A stretch of DNA of 64,000 bases, taken from Epithemia pelagica. Its lineage: Eukaryota > Protista > Bacillariophyta. Below are positions 23,045-34,190 of the stretch, piece by piece. The notes under the pieces were generated by a model, which saw nothing but the letters and a program-made list of their open reading frames with translations, had not been told where the DNA came from and made no database searches. Numbering within the stretch: position 1 is the stretch's first letter; each line of letters begins with the position of its first letter. The translations under genes and the position numbers were made by a program. Location: contig OX337240.1 in NCBI GenBank assembly GCA_946965045.2, positions 2,728,001 through 2,792,000 of the forward strand, read 5' to 3'.

Positions 23045-23860
23045 ATGGTCTTTCGTGCGTCTTCGGTGATTGAATCAATGCCAAAGAACAAATCCATCTC
23101 ACAAACCAAACATAAAACGACGAGAGACGAGGGAAACGAGATTCGAAATACGAATACCTTACCTGCCAAACAACAAGAGTGTGTGCCTGACCATGTTCCT
23201 CTTCCTTTGACCTTGTCTTCTTCTACTTGTCTCTTTCTTGTTGTGTTGTTAGGGACATCCGGTTCTGTTTGCGAAGCAGCATGGTTGCAATCGTTCGGAA
23301 CGTCCAAGACGACGACGACAAGACAACAAGGGGTCGCGACGACGAGGACAATAACATCGAGACTCTTCTCGACCATTGACAAGCAGGGACAAACCAACCT
23401 CGGTGATAGTCAGAGAAACAAGAAAAACCGTGATATTCCGAATCCAGATATGGATCAGGCCCGGAATACTCTGGAAAATCTTGTCGCTTCCACCCATGAC
23501 GTCCACAAAAACCGACTCGACGACGACCACCAAACTGTCCCCGTGACTCTCATGACAAGTGCTGGACGTCGTCGTCGGCAAATCGAAATGGATCTCTTGC
23601 GTCAGCTTGCGGTCGATACCGTCCTGGAAACCGATCATGTCGACGAGGACGAAGACGACTTGTCGTCGTATGAACAAGACAGTGGTAGTAGTAGCATGAT
23701 GGAACCATCGGTCGTGGACGAACTCATGCACTTGTGGATGTACGAGCCTGGACCTGCAACGCAAATGTACACCCGGTATGGCCGTAGAAGAACAAGAGCT
23801 TCGGGACATGATGGCCCAGTATTGCGCAAAAATGAGATTGGAAAGGAGATGTACATGTAA
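23045..23860 (+). CDS. Hypothetical host protein (start uncertain; open frame from 22805)
   Basis: Long open frame with a hydrophobic segment LFLVVLLGTSGSVCEAAW and a helical-looking C-half. Confidence 0.55.
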   Translation: MVFRASSVIESMPKNKSISQTKHKTTRDEGNEIRNTNTLPAKQQECVPDHVPLPLTLSSSTCLFLVVLLGTSGSVCEAAWLQSFGTSKTTTTRQQGVATTRTITSRLFSTIDKQGQTNLGDSQRNKKNRDIPNPDMDQARNTLENLVASTHDVHKNRLDDDHQTVPVTLMTSAGRRRRQIEMDLLRQLAVDTVLETDHVDEDEDDLSSYEQDSGSSSMMEPSVVDELMHLWMYEPGPATQMYTRYGRRRTRASGHDGPVLRKNEIGKEMYM

Positions 23861-23959
23861 TTTTCGGTAGAGTAGGATCTATTCAGAGTATTATTTTTAA
23901 AATCTGCAAACAGACGATAGACACAAAACCAAACAAAAAACACACGAACGATTGGCAAT

Positions 23960-25375
23960 TTACAAAGAAGCTTGGGCAAAGGCACGTCCCAGCTTGGACT
24001 CAATTCCTTTCATGAGGATACTGCGAAGAGGCTTTTCCAGAGACTCGTCGTAGTCCTTTAGCAAAGAAAGAGCCGCTTGTGTGTCGAGCCGTAGAACCGT
24101 GGCTCCACCCGGACCCACAGTCCACGTTTCACCCATGGAGGCATTACTGTCGTCATGAAACAACATACATTCTTGATCCTCCGACTGTATACATCCCAGA
24201 AAACTCAATCGATTCAAAATTCCTGACACGACCAACTCCGTCATGGTTCCATCGAGCGGGGAAGGAGAGGACGATGAGGAGGGCAAGTCCAATTCTCGCA
24301 ACATGTCCAAATCACCCAACAGTCCAGCGTGCAAATCATTGCCCGTCCACTTTCGTGTAATGGCGTTGGATTTCACATTGTACGACGACTTGGACAGTTG
24401 ATTGTGTACTTGGACACTTCCCTTGTACAACCAAAAGAGTGACTCGGGCGATGTTTCAATGACTTGGCCTTCTTCCAAAGAAACCCAATCCATTGCAAAG
24501 GAGGAGAGCGTATTGTACTGGTGCATACTCATGCCACAGGGTTCAAACAGTAATGTAAAGGCTCGATAATTCTTGGCCGAAGTGGACACGGTGCAACCCT
24601 GAGAAAAGAAGTGACTGGCCGCCATGTGCGATACGTGTTTGAAGAGGCTTGAATATGCCACGTAGAGCGCCACGAGTTGAATGACCCATTGTTCGGGTGC
24701 TGTGACAGCGACATTTTGCACTTGAAAGGCCCCCGTGGCGAACAATTGACCCACGACGGTCCATCCTCGAAATTCCATCGTTGCAGACTCGGACAGCGCC
24801 ATACAAAACGGAGCCACAACATCCAAGGCAAAGTGACTCAAATCATTGAGCAGTTTGGATTCCATCATGACTTCATTCACGGGGACTCCAGGAGGAAACA
24901 TGGCGGCATCAGGAGGTACCATACACAAACTATCCATGGCACAGCTCCAGGCATCGCCTAGCTTATCCATGACAGACTGGGCAAAGAGTGTTTGGACAGC
25001 AACGGCTCCAGCGGCCAAGGGGTGGCTCAAATGGGACACAACCTGTCGAGGATGAGGCATGGTAAAGCCATTCATGGATCGAGCCATGAAGAAGTCTCTT
25101 GAAAAGGGGAACGTGCAGGCACTTTGTTCATGTCTTGGCGTGTGAGTCCACTCGTTTGGATGAGGGTGCTGGGTCACCAATGCAGAGGTGTAGTACCGAA
25201 CATGTCCTCGAATAAATGCACGAGAGGTTGGGGGTCGTCGATCAGATGCCAAAAAGGCCTTGCTTGGTGTCATCCACAGGGTAACAGCCAGAATTGAATG
25301 TAGTAAAGGAAAGCGTGTCGACCAGCAGCACTTGAGATTCTTGATGAACCACCAAATGACTTGAAATTGTTGCAT
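23960..25375 (-). CDS. Hypothetical membrane protein, possible plastid-targeting leader, Popeye/cNMP-like C-terminal region
   Basis: 471-aa ATG ORF. Hydrophobic leader ending SKAF, internal hydrophobic segments, and LLFEPCGMSMHQY...LYKGSVQV resembling Popeye-like domains. Confidence 0.7.
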   Translation of the reverse strand: MQQFQVIWWFIKNLKCCWSTRFPLLHSILAVTLWMTPSKAFLASDRRPPTSRAFIRGHVRYYTSALVTQHPHPNEWTHTPRHEQSACTFPFSRDFFMARSMNGFTMPHPRQVVSHLSHPLAAGAVAVQTLFAQSVMDKLGDAWSCAMDSLCMVPPDAAMFPPGVPVNEVMMESKLLNDLSHFALDVVAPFCMALSESATMEFRGWTVVGQLFATGAFQVQNVAVTAPEQWVIQLVALYVAYSSLFKHVSHMAASHFFSQGCTVSTSAKNYRAFTLLFEPCGMSMHQYNTLSSFAMDWVSLEEGQVIETSPESLFWLYKGSVQVHNQLSKSSYNVKSNAITRKWTGNDLHAGLLGDLDMLRELDLPSSSSSPSPLDGTMTELVVSGILNRLSFLGCIQSEDQECMLFHDDSNASMGETWTVGPGGATVLRLDTQAALSLLKDYDESLEKPLRSILMKGIESKLGRAFAQASL

Positions 25376-25552
25376 GGTCGAACCGTATTACATCCGTTGA
25401 ATGTGAATGCCGAGAGGCTCTGTTGAAAAGATTGAAAAGAAATGAGAACATAAAGTTGCATCTTTGTTTGTTCTATGCTCTATGCAGTCAACCAAGCAAT
25501 GTTCTTGGTAGAAGCCAGCACAATGCCAAAACTGGCGCTCCACGGTTGACTA

Positions 25553-26091
25553 CAAGCTGAGTTCAGACAGAATGTTCCTGTCGTAGCGCTCCAGTAGGAA
25601 ATCTACGTAATACGCGCCAGCCATCTTTGTTAATATAGCCCTTATAATTATGCCTCTGTTGTGCAAAGTGCTTCCGAAACTCGACAATCTCGCGTTCCCC
25701 CAGAAAAACTTCGTTTTGTACGAGACTATCGTGCGTGGGGTGCATCCGATGATCATGTTGTTGTGGATGATGCCAACCGTTTGAGCTGTTGCCCCATTGG
25801 TGGTGGTCGAATAACACCCTAAGGCACCTGGATGCAGCTCGGCAACATCTCGAACGGATGGGGTGGCCCTCCACCATGGTCAACACGGTCGACTGTTTTT
25901 TCGTAATTTTTGATGAAAATCTAGCGTTCGGAAGAAATCACACATTACACTAAAGTTAATAAAATATTTATTTCAGCCACTAGGAAGTCGCTAGTCGGAC
26001 GCTAATAACGCAGAACGCTTTCCAGGATTACTCCTCTGGTACAAATTCTACAGGAGTCTACGACAGGAACACACTCCCTGAACTCAGCTTG
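25553..26091 (+). mobile_element. 539-bp MITE, TA target duplication (Tc1/mariner-like), copy 1
   Basis: TIR CAAGCTGAGTTCAG-N6-TGTTCCTGTCGTAG at both ends; flanked by TA at 25551-52 and 26092-93. Confidence 0.9.
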
Positions 26092-26093
26092 TA

Positions 26094-26339
26094 GGAACTG
26101 GATGCTGAGTTTGCATGATTAGCGTTTGCCCCTCTACTCTTCCTTCTTGACCCATTTGTTGAAGCGACTTCACGGTTGACTAGAAACTGGATGTAAGGTT
26201 TGCATGATTTGCGTTTGCCCCTCTACTCTTCCTTCTTGACCCATTTGTTGAAGCGACTTCACGGTTGACTAGAAACTGGATGCTAGGTTTGCATGATTAG
26301 CGTTTGCCCCTCTACTCTTCCTTCTTGACCCATTTGTTG
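26094..26339. repeat. 89-bp tandem repeat (about 2.8 units) abutting the MITE
   Basis: Units start at 26094, 26183 and 26272, joined by CACGGTTGAC-TA, which reproduces the MITE left flank. Confidence 0.9.
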
Positions 26340-26355
26340 CGTAAAGTAATTATCA

Positions 26356-26618
26356 TGGTCAGTGGTATGGAATGACGGGGAGTCTTAAGATGTACCAGTA
26401 ACAGTAACCAGTATCCAGTACTCGTATGCTTTAGTGAAGAACTGTATTATGATGTACTTGTAGTACATCCAGAGAACCTCGAAGCTATTGTAGGACAAGT
26501 ATACGTGGAAACGGTAATGAAAGGGAAAAGCAGGATATACACAGTGACATAGAGTAGTACAGAAGATCTTATATTGGTTATATTCGTGAGTCCTCTAGTA
26601 GAGATGCTCGATTATGGC
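26356..26618 (+). repeat. ~263-bp dispersed repeat, copy 2
   Basis: Matches 22442-22704 apart from small indels. Confidence 0.9.
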
Positions 26619-28158
26619 CCTTTCCTCCTCCTCATATTGGGAACATGCCCTTTCTCACTTTTTCGATTTTGCAGGTGTTGACTGTTGACTGGTTATGGGG
26701 AAGCAATGATAATTATAGATCCAACTTTGTCACTGGTTGCTTCATTTTGTCTCGAATGGATTCTCGTTGGGTGGACCAGAAGGAGCAACATCCAAATGAG
26801 TGAGTTCTGCAAGTTGTTTTTCACACGTGTCGTCACCCAAAAACAAACGGACGACCTAGCCACATCCACATGTGCTGTCGTCCTGTTTGTTTCCTGCTTG
26901 TGTACGGTCATGTGTCCACAGCTTGTCATCCCTCGAGAAATATGCCTGGCTTGTCCTTCAGCCTCTGCTGTGGTCGTTATGAATTCACCATTCCCTCTCT
27001 CTCGTCCTTGGCGCTCGATCCGCAGAGCATCACGCTCTGCTCATGTTTCGGGACCACCTACCTTCTGCCATGATGCGGTAGGAATTCCCTTCCCTCAAAT
27101 CCTTGAAAGGAGCCGTTTTGGTAATCTATGTAGGCCACGCCGTGGTTTCATTCCTCCTCTTCATCCCACAATTTCAGCAACAAGTCCTACGGATCTAGGT
27201 AGTACAAACTGAGTACATACTCGAGTGTCGTCACTGTATGGACTATATTCGCTAGTCGCGGGTCGTTCATCCACAAACAAAGCTCACACCACACGGATGC
27301 ATCTTCGTGCGTTTGTTGCTTCTTCAAGACCTGAAATCGCCTTGCATGGAGACCAAAGTTTGTTGGTGCCGTGCGCCCACCTGGACCTCACTATTACTAC
27401 TTCTAGATGAGTATGAGTACGAATGGTGCTCCGTCTTGGTGGTGAAAACGGAACGCCGAGCAACAACAAAAGCAAATGGGAGGACTACTACTCTGGTGAT
27501 AAGTTGTCTGATCGTCGCCAACGACATTCCGACTCCATCTGTACCGACGAGGAGGAGAATGATAGCAGCCTCCACTCTCTTACCAATCACGAGGCAACTA
27601 CAACTACTTGGGAATGGGAGTGCATAGTATTCAACCTACTACTACCATGGCAGCTCCAAGACTATTCTCCCTGCATCTCCTACGGCATCGTCCCAAGAAA
27701 AATCATGTTTCCGATTCGTCGAATCGTGGGAGTGTGCTTTCCTTCATGCCACCATGCCAGTGGGGACAACAAGACTATTCTCCTCCCTACCTTGTATGTT
27801 TCAATGCTATTGGAATCTACTACTCGTGCGGGATCATGGTTCCCCCCAAGACCTCTGCTCCTTCCCATTCGGATCGTGGGGGACGGATACGTTCCTCCTC
27901 CTTTCACGAGACTACTCCTGCAGGACCTAAACGACCACAGTCTTTCCTCTTTCTCCTAGGATACAATCCATTCCCAAATTGAACCAGCGTAGGATGACGA
28001 CGGACCGAGTGCGTGGCCAGTAGTAAGTAGTAATGGTCGCCACTGCAGATTCCCACTCGTCGGGCATTGGAACTGCTGGCGTCCCTCCTCCAAGTCTCGA
28101 AACGGTTCGGTTCCGTCCTGGAGCGGTTGTTGGTCGAGAATCTTCGGATCCAGACTGG

Positions 28159-28293
28159 GAGGAGGAGGAGGAGGAGGAGGAGGAGGAGGAGGAGGAGGAG
28201 GAGGAGGAGGAGGAGGAGGAGGAGGAGGAGGAGGAGGAGGAGGAGGAGGAGGAGGAGGAGGAGGAGGAGGAGGAGGAGGAGGAGGAGGAGGAG
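28159..28293. repeat. (GAG)45 microsatellite
   Basis: Pure trinucleotide run. Confidence 0.95.
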
Positions 28294-28938
28294 GAAGACG
28301 TCACCACACCTTCCGGACGGTACCATGTTCAACGGAAAGCGATCGAAACAATCGGCACTCTCTCGGTGCAGACGCGCAACACATTTCTCGGATCGTCACT
28401 TTCGTTCGGATGGAACTTCACCAGGACCAGATTCTCACGGTTGGTGTGAGGCCACATTCTGTACCACGTGAGCCGTCGTCGTCGTGGGATTGCAACGGTC
28501 CAGGATAAGGTATGTTGTCCTCGTGCTGCTCTCCAGGCCCTCTCTAGAGTAGTAGGACCCATGGAATGTTCTCTCGGCGGGCTGCACTGCCATACTTGGA
28601 CGAGGACCCACCACCCAATTTTCCTGTTGCGTACGATTGTGGCACTACGGAGGATCCAATCCTGGTCCTGTTTCTCGATTCCATACGGCGATCGAATCCG
28701 GCCGACCGCCGCGTCCCGTCGGTCCGTTTCATCCTCTCGGTGTTCCTCCTCGTGTGGTGGAGAGCCAGCACACACGACTTTTTGTTTTCGAAACTCTCCG
28801 ACCATGGTCGGCCATTGTTTCATGGATGATTCATTTTCTCGTTGCTCCACATTGGAGTCCACCATTTCTCCTCACCATGATTGTGCTTGGTGGTGGTGGT
28901 CCTGTGTTTGGTCCTGGTGTGTGGTCTTTGGTATTTTA

Positions 28939-28996
28939 TATAGCTACTAGAGGCTCTCGGAGGAAATCAATAATAGAATACTGTTGTTATAGCTAC
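28939..28996. repeat. 49-bp-period duplication containing the empty target site of MITE copy 2
   Basis: TATAGCTAC-TA-GAGGCTCTC...CTGTTGT at 28939-28987. TATAGCTAC recurs at 28988-28996 before the MITE and GAGGCTCTC...CTGTTGT at 29540-29577 after it. Confidence 0.9.
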
Positions 28997-28998
28997 TA

Positions 28999-29537
28999 CA
29001 AGCTGAGTTCAGGGAGTGTGTTCCTGTCGTAGACTCCTGTAGAATTTGTACCAGAGGAGTAATCCTGGAAAGCGTTCTGCGTTATTAGTGTCCGACTAGC
29101 GACTTCCTAGTGGCTGAAATAAATATTTTATTAACTTTAGTGTTATGTGTGATTTCTTCCGAACGCTAGTATTTCGTCAAAAATTACGAAAAAACAGTCG
29201 AGTGTGTTGACCATGGTGGAGGGCCGTCCCGACCTGTTGAACTGTTGCCGAGCTGCATCCAGCTCCCTTAGGGTGTTGTTGGACCATCACCAATGGGGCA
29301 ACAGTTCAACGCATCAGCATCATCCACAATAACATGATCATCGGACGCACCCCACGCACGATAGTCTCGTACAAAACGAAGTTTTTCTGGGGGAACGCGA
29401 GATTGTCGAGTTTCGGAAGCACTTTGCACAACAGAGGCATAATTATAAGGGCTATATTAACAAAGATGGCTGGCGCGTATTACGTAGATTTCCTACTGGA
29501 GCGCTACGACAGGAACATTCTGTCTGAACTCAGCTTG
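28999..29537 (-). mobile_element. 539-bp MITE, copy 2 (inverted relative to copy 1)
   Basis: Same TIRs and length as 25553-26091; TA at 28997-98 and 29538-39. Confidence 0.9.
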
Positions 29538-30124
29538 TAGAGGCTCTCGGAGGAAATCAATAATAGAATACTGTTGTTGTGGTTCTGGTATTGCACATTG
29601 AGATAGGGAATGGTGAAGTCGATAGATCGTTGAGTCGTATTCACGACTGGATGTTCCGACTCATGTGCGACTTGTCAGTCCATTTCAGTCGCTCATTTAT
29701 CCTCTGGGTCGCGCAATGGGACGATCGAAAGATCCGGGACTTGTCGATCCCGAGACGCACGCCACCCTACAGCGCACCAGTCATGAACATGACCGGCGCG
29801 ATGGGGGTACGCTTCTCATTCATGGCACCTCTGGAAACCGACAGATGGTGTCACAATCTGCAATCGGTTGTGGCTGTGTGTGGTGGCTTTGTTATTATTG
29901 TTGTGGTGGTGGGCAAGTGGCAACCACAACATCTCCTCCTCCTTCTGTGGATGATTGTGGCACCGCCGGTGGATGTCAGTTGTTCTTCTGTTTCTCTCTC
30001 GGTGTGTCTCGCGCAGCTCGCTCGGATCAAGAAACGAAAAGAATATTGGCCCGCGGTTCCGTTTCGAATTCTCCCTCCCTCCTTCCATCCATCGTTGGCT
30101 GCTTTTGTTGATTGCTCTCCGACG

Positions 30125-30125
<1 letters not shown>

Positions 30126-30176
<51 letters not shown>
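30126..30176. repeat. (CAA)17 microsatellite upstream of the transporter gene
   Basis: Pure trinucleotide run. Confidence 0.9.
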
Positions 30177-30177
<1 letters not shown>

Positions 30178-30267
30178 CCCATTCTTCTTCTTCTTCTTTT
30201 CTTGGTGGGTGAAGGAACGAGGACGACAACGGCAAGGCAGGCAACAACCACAAAAACAGATTGAGCG

Positions 30268-33200
30268 ATGACAATGACAACGACGACTGTCCCTTCTTCT
30301 TACTGGAATGACAGCAGCCGAATTGCTCCACACGAGGAGGAGGAGGACGAGGAGGACAAAGAGGATTGCAATTGTCAAACGGATCCTCGCGAGCATCGAC
30401 TGCAATGGCTGCGTCAGCAATATGCACAGCAGCATGAACCATCAACATCCAAACCACCAAAACAACAACCGGATGCTTCATCTTCTTCGCCACTGTGGAA
30501 TTACTTGTCCAAATCACCCCTCTTGCAACAGCAACACTACAAGTCTTCGACAGCAACAACAACAAGACAAACCAAGAAATGCCTGTCCTTGCCCTCGTCG
30601 CCATTTTCATCCTTTGCCTTTTTGCCAAGCACTGAGAAGGGGAAGGAGAAGGAGGTTTCGGGTTCCACGGCTCCCACTACTCCAACGACGGCCGGTCATG
30701 AAGTGGTCTTGCAACGAGAAGATCATGTCTCGTTGGAGTGTTTGAATCCCGAGTCACACAGTCCCTTGCGGCAATCCTCGCGTCTCGTGGCCATGATGAA
30801 TTTGGTCGCCACCGTCTGTGGCGGCGGCGTCCTGAGTTTGCCCTGGGCCGTGGCGAAAGCCGGCATTGTGCCCACCACACTGTTACTCGTGGCCGGAGCG
30901 ACCGTCACGTATCACAGTCTCGTGTGTTTAATGGATGCCGCGCGGACCATGGGTGGTCGGTCCTATGGTCAAGTCGCCGCCGCCGCCTTTGGCAAGTCGG
31001 CCCAAATTTGGACCAATCTCAGTTTGGCAACAATGCTGTCCGGATCGTTGATTGCCTATCAAGTCTTGGTCAAGGATGTGTGGACGCCCGTCGTGTGGGC
31101 CTTGCTGCAACGACTCGTTGTCGTTGAAGAGGAGGAATCCGACAACAACGACGACCGGTCCAACCACTGGTCCGATGCAATGACAACCACGACGACAACA
31201 CCATTGTACGACACCCACCATTATTCTCCGTTTCACCACCCACCCTCCACGACAAATCCTCCATTGGATCACACGCCGTTGTCGTCGTCGTCAGCCACAC
31301 CGGAACAAGCCAATGTCTTGTTGGCTGTGATTTTACTCGTGGCCTTGCCCTTGTTGTTGCAACACAATTTGCATGCCTTGAGGCATTTTTGTTATATTGG
31401 CTTTGCCAGTTGTCTCGTCTTGGGGGCCGCCGTCGCCTATCGCGCGGCTCAACAAGTGGCGCAAGTGTCGTCCATGTCGTCGTTTTTGGAGGACCCTGAG
31501 GAGGAGGACTCGTCATGGACACGACAATTGCTCCTAATGGCCGGGGGAGGACCATCCAATACCAATGAGGCGGACCGCCATCTCAAGTCGTCGTCGTCGT
31601 TGTCGTCTTCGGCCTGGAGCAAGGACGATGATCATTATCACATGACGGCCGACGATACGTCACTCCTGACCAGCACAACAGCAAGTAGCAGTTCCATACT
31701 GACAATGAGCTCCTCTTCCTTGTCGTCGTCGTCGTCTTTGTGTCAGTTTTGGTCGTCCCTCAATTGGTGGTCGACCGACGTGCACGATTGGCTCGTGGCT
31801 TTTCCCATTGTGATCTTGTGTTATTTTTGTTCCTACAATGTTTTGGCCGTCCAAGCGCAATTGATGCATCCGACCCGACCTCGCATGCAATGGGTACTAC
31901 GGAATAGTCTGCGCTTGTGTTGTGCCCTCTTTTGGAGTGTCGGTGTGGCTGGGTACATTTACACCGCCGCCGTGGCCGTCAATGCGCAACAACAGCATGC
32001 CAGTAACAGCAGCAGCAGCAATAATCCCACCACACCCGACAATTTGCTCGTGGCTTTTGACTTGACGGATCCAGCCATTTTGCTGGGACGCATTGGCTTT
32101 TGCTTTACATTATTGTTTGGATTGCCCCTTATATTGTTGCCCTGTCGCGAAGCCTTTTTGAGTTTGCCCCAGCAAATTCAAGCCTGGCGCCGCGATTCCG
32201 AATTGATTCGTCAATTTCAAACCTTGAATCACGCCTATCAACAACAACAACAACACCAACCACAACACCAACCACAACAGTCTCATCACAAACAATCACG
32301 ACCTGACCATGCACAGCAGCAACACACGTCTTTGTCAAGCATGCAGCCACCCAGTACTACTACTACCAAACCACAACAAGAACGACACCAAGTTTTCTTG
32401 TCCCCCACTGCTGTCCACACCACGACAACGCCTCTTCTTCGAGTGTCGCAGCACGACCACAAGACGACAAACCCTCAACGAGTCACGTCGTCGTCGTCCC
32501 CCACTACTACTAGTAGTAGTCCTCCTCATTTGGTGATTAATGGAGTCGATTTTGATGAAAGTCGACCCGTCCTCATTTCCCAAGATCCCACGCAATGTCA
32601 TGGAACCACTCTCTTGTGGTCAAACAACCACAATAGTCCCAAGAACATGACGACGGGTGGTGGTGCAAGTGGTGGTTCCTACGGATCCCTCTCCACATCA
32701 GTAGTTCCACATCAACAACAGCAACAGCAACCACCACCACACCAGAGCATTTCAACGACGACCACAACATTCCTTCCACCCATCAGGACGACAACGACGA
32801 CAAACCAAACTTTATCCTCCTCCAACAATGCCTTGCAGCACCATGATACGAGTACCACCATCACAGCAAGTGTGACCAACTCGAATCGGTTTCCATCCAC
32901 TTTTGCATCTTCCTCCTCATCCTCACTCGTGCCATTGAGACCGGATGATGATACAACGACCGACTCCCAGCAGCAACACATGAGTGCCCTTGTGGTTCGG
33001 ACCAATCATACCGACGACGACAACACGTTGAGCGTGACCAACTATTATTACAACGATTGCGAACTCCAAGCCGACCACCACAAAAACCAGGAATCACACG
33101 GGAATACACCCTTGTTGAAACGAAGTGCACCAATCGCACTCGACAACATGAACCACCCCAAAACCACCACCAACCACAAACGCAGTGACCATCACGCCAT

Positions 33201-33594
33201 GTCGTCGTCCGAGACGGAAACACCCTTGGAATGGTGGAACGCCGACTCTCCCGTTTCCAATGGTCTTGCCACCATTTTGATTTTGATGGTGACCTACAGT
33301 ATTGCCATTACAGTACCCGGTGTCGCCTTGGTGTGGTCCATTGTCGGATCGTCTCTGGCCATTTGGATTGCCTTTGTCGTACCAGCCGGCTGCTTTTTGC
33401 GAATCCGACAACACAAGGGATTGACCATGCAAGCCCTCAATGCCTGGTTGCTCCTCTTTGGCGCCCTCATTGCCATGGTACTGTGTACCCATCAAGCGGT
33501 GGGAACGGCATTGGCGGCATCCGCTTCGTCGTCTTCTGCTTCTACGACATTGTCCTTGTCCTCCTCCTCCTCCTCCTCCACAGTATCTACGTGA
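30268..33594 (+). CDS. Amino-acid transporter (Aa_trans/SLC38-like) with long low-complexity loops
   Basis: MMNLVATVCGGGVLSLPWAVAKAG, AFPIVILCYFCSYNV, FGLPLILLPCRE, VWSIVGSSLAIWIAFVVPAGCF; about 11 hydrophobic segments. Confidence 0.92.
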   Translation: MTMTTTTVPSSYWNDSSRIAPHEEEEDEEDKEDCNCQTDPREHRLQWLRQQYAQQHEPSTSKPPKQQPDASSSSPLWNYLSKSPLLQQQHYKSSTATTTRQTKKCLSLPSSPFSSFAFLPSTEKGKEKEVSGSTAPTTPTTAGHEVVLQREDHVSLECLNPESHSPLRQSSRLVAMMNLVATVCGGGVLSLPWAVAKAGIVPTTLLLVAGATVTYHSLVCLMDAARTMGGRSYGQVAAAAFGKSAQIWTNLSLATMLSGSLIAYQVLVKDVWTPVVWALLQRLVVVEEEESDNNDDRSNHWSDAMTTTTTTPLYDTHHYSPFHHPPSTTNPPLDHTPLSSSSATPEQANVLLAVILLVALPLLLQHNLHALRHFCYIGFASCLVLGAAVAYRAAQQVAQVSSMSSFLEDPEEEDSSWTRQLLLMAGGGPSNTNEADRHLKSSSSLSSSAWSKDDDHYHMTADDTSLLTSTTASSSSILTMSSSSLSSSSSLCQFWSSLNWWSTDVHDWLVAFPIVILCYFCSYNVLAVQAQLMHPTRPRMQWVLRNSLRLCCALFWSVGVAGYIYTAAVAVNAQQQHASNSSSSNNPTTPDNLLVAFDLTDPAILLGRIGFCFTLLFGLPLILLPCREAFLSLPQQIQAWRRDSELIRQFQTLNHAYQQQQQHQPQHQPQQSHHKQSRPDHAQQQHTSLSSMQPPSTTTTKPQQERHQVFLSPTAVHTTTTPLLRVSQHDHKTTNPQRVTSSSSPTTTSSSPPHLVINGVDFDESRPVLISQDPTQCHGTTLLWSNNHNSPKNMTTGGGASGGSYGSLSTSVVPHQQQQQQPPPHQSISTTTTTFLPPIRTTTTTNQTLSSSNNALQHHDTSTTITASVTNSNRFPSTFASSSSSSLVPLRPDDDTTTDSQQQHMSALVVRTNHTDDDNTLSVTNYYYNDCELQADHHKNQESHGNTPLLKRSAPIALDNMNHPKTTTNHKRSDHHAMSSSETETPLEWWNADSPVSNGLATILILMVTYSIAITVPGVALVWSIVGSSLAIWIAFVVPAGCFLRIRQHKGLTMQALNAWLLLFGALIAMVLCTHQAVGTALAASASSSSASTTLSLSSSSSSSTVST

Positions 33595-34190
33595 CGTGTG
33601 TGTTTCTCCTGTATCCCCCTTACTGTTTCAAGCTCAAGAACTAGAATAAAAAAATGCCTATCTTCTCTAGAAAGGCCTTGTTGCACCTATAAATCTTGGT
33701 TTAACGTCCACTCGTATCCTGTGGTTCACCAAGAGTGGAACTATATAGATGCAACATGTACTATATGTTATGTCATAACCCTAGTTTTCATTTGACAGCA
33801 TGCGTTGTTGTTGTTGTTGGAATTGTGTCAGTCTTGTGTACTGTAAACAGGATATATTGTGTGGCAGAGTGGTTTGGTTGAGTATTCCCCCCAGTTCAAC
33901 CAATCGCGACAAAAGGTGTATACAATGGATTTGTGCTGCTCTTGTGATCATATGCGCGCGTGTGTGTGTACATAAATAGGAAAAGCATCAACTGCAATTC
34001 ATTCATCTCCAGAATCCTCCAGTGCCCCAATGTCCATTTCCTTGACAGGAAGAAGGATACAACATTCGACCATGACAAGCACGAAAGGGCCTGAAATGTA
34101 AGAATTTGCCATGCTGTACCAAAGCTAGCCACGTCGATACAAGCATCGACAAGGCTACAGAGGAAGCGATTAACAATGCAGAGAGAGGAT

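Noticed and set aside
22442-26618. LTR retrotransposon/TRIM bounded by the 263-bp repeats
   Set aside because: No TG...CA, PBS, PPT or TSD; the interior holds host-like genes.
27904-28471. Poly-L, poly-R and poly-E ORFs
   Set aside because: Frame shadows of the (GAG)45 tract; no supported gene model.
25550-29540. 68-aa ORF in both MITE copies
   Set aside because: It runs into the TIR, shows no transposase motifs, and is conserved only because the copies are recent.
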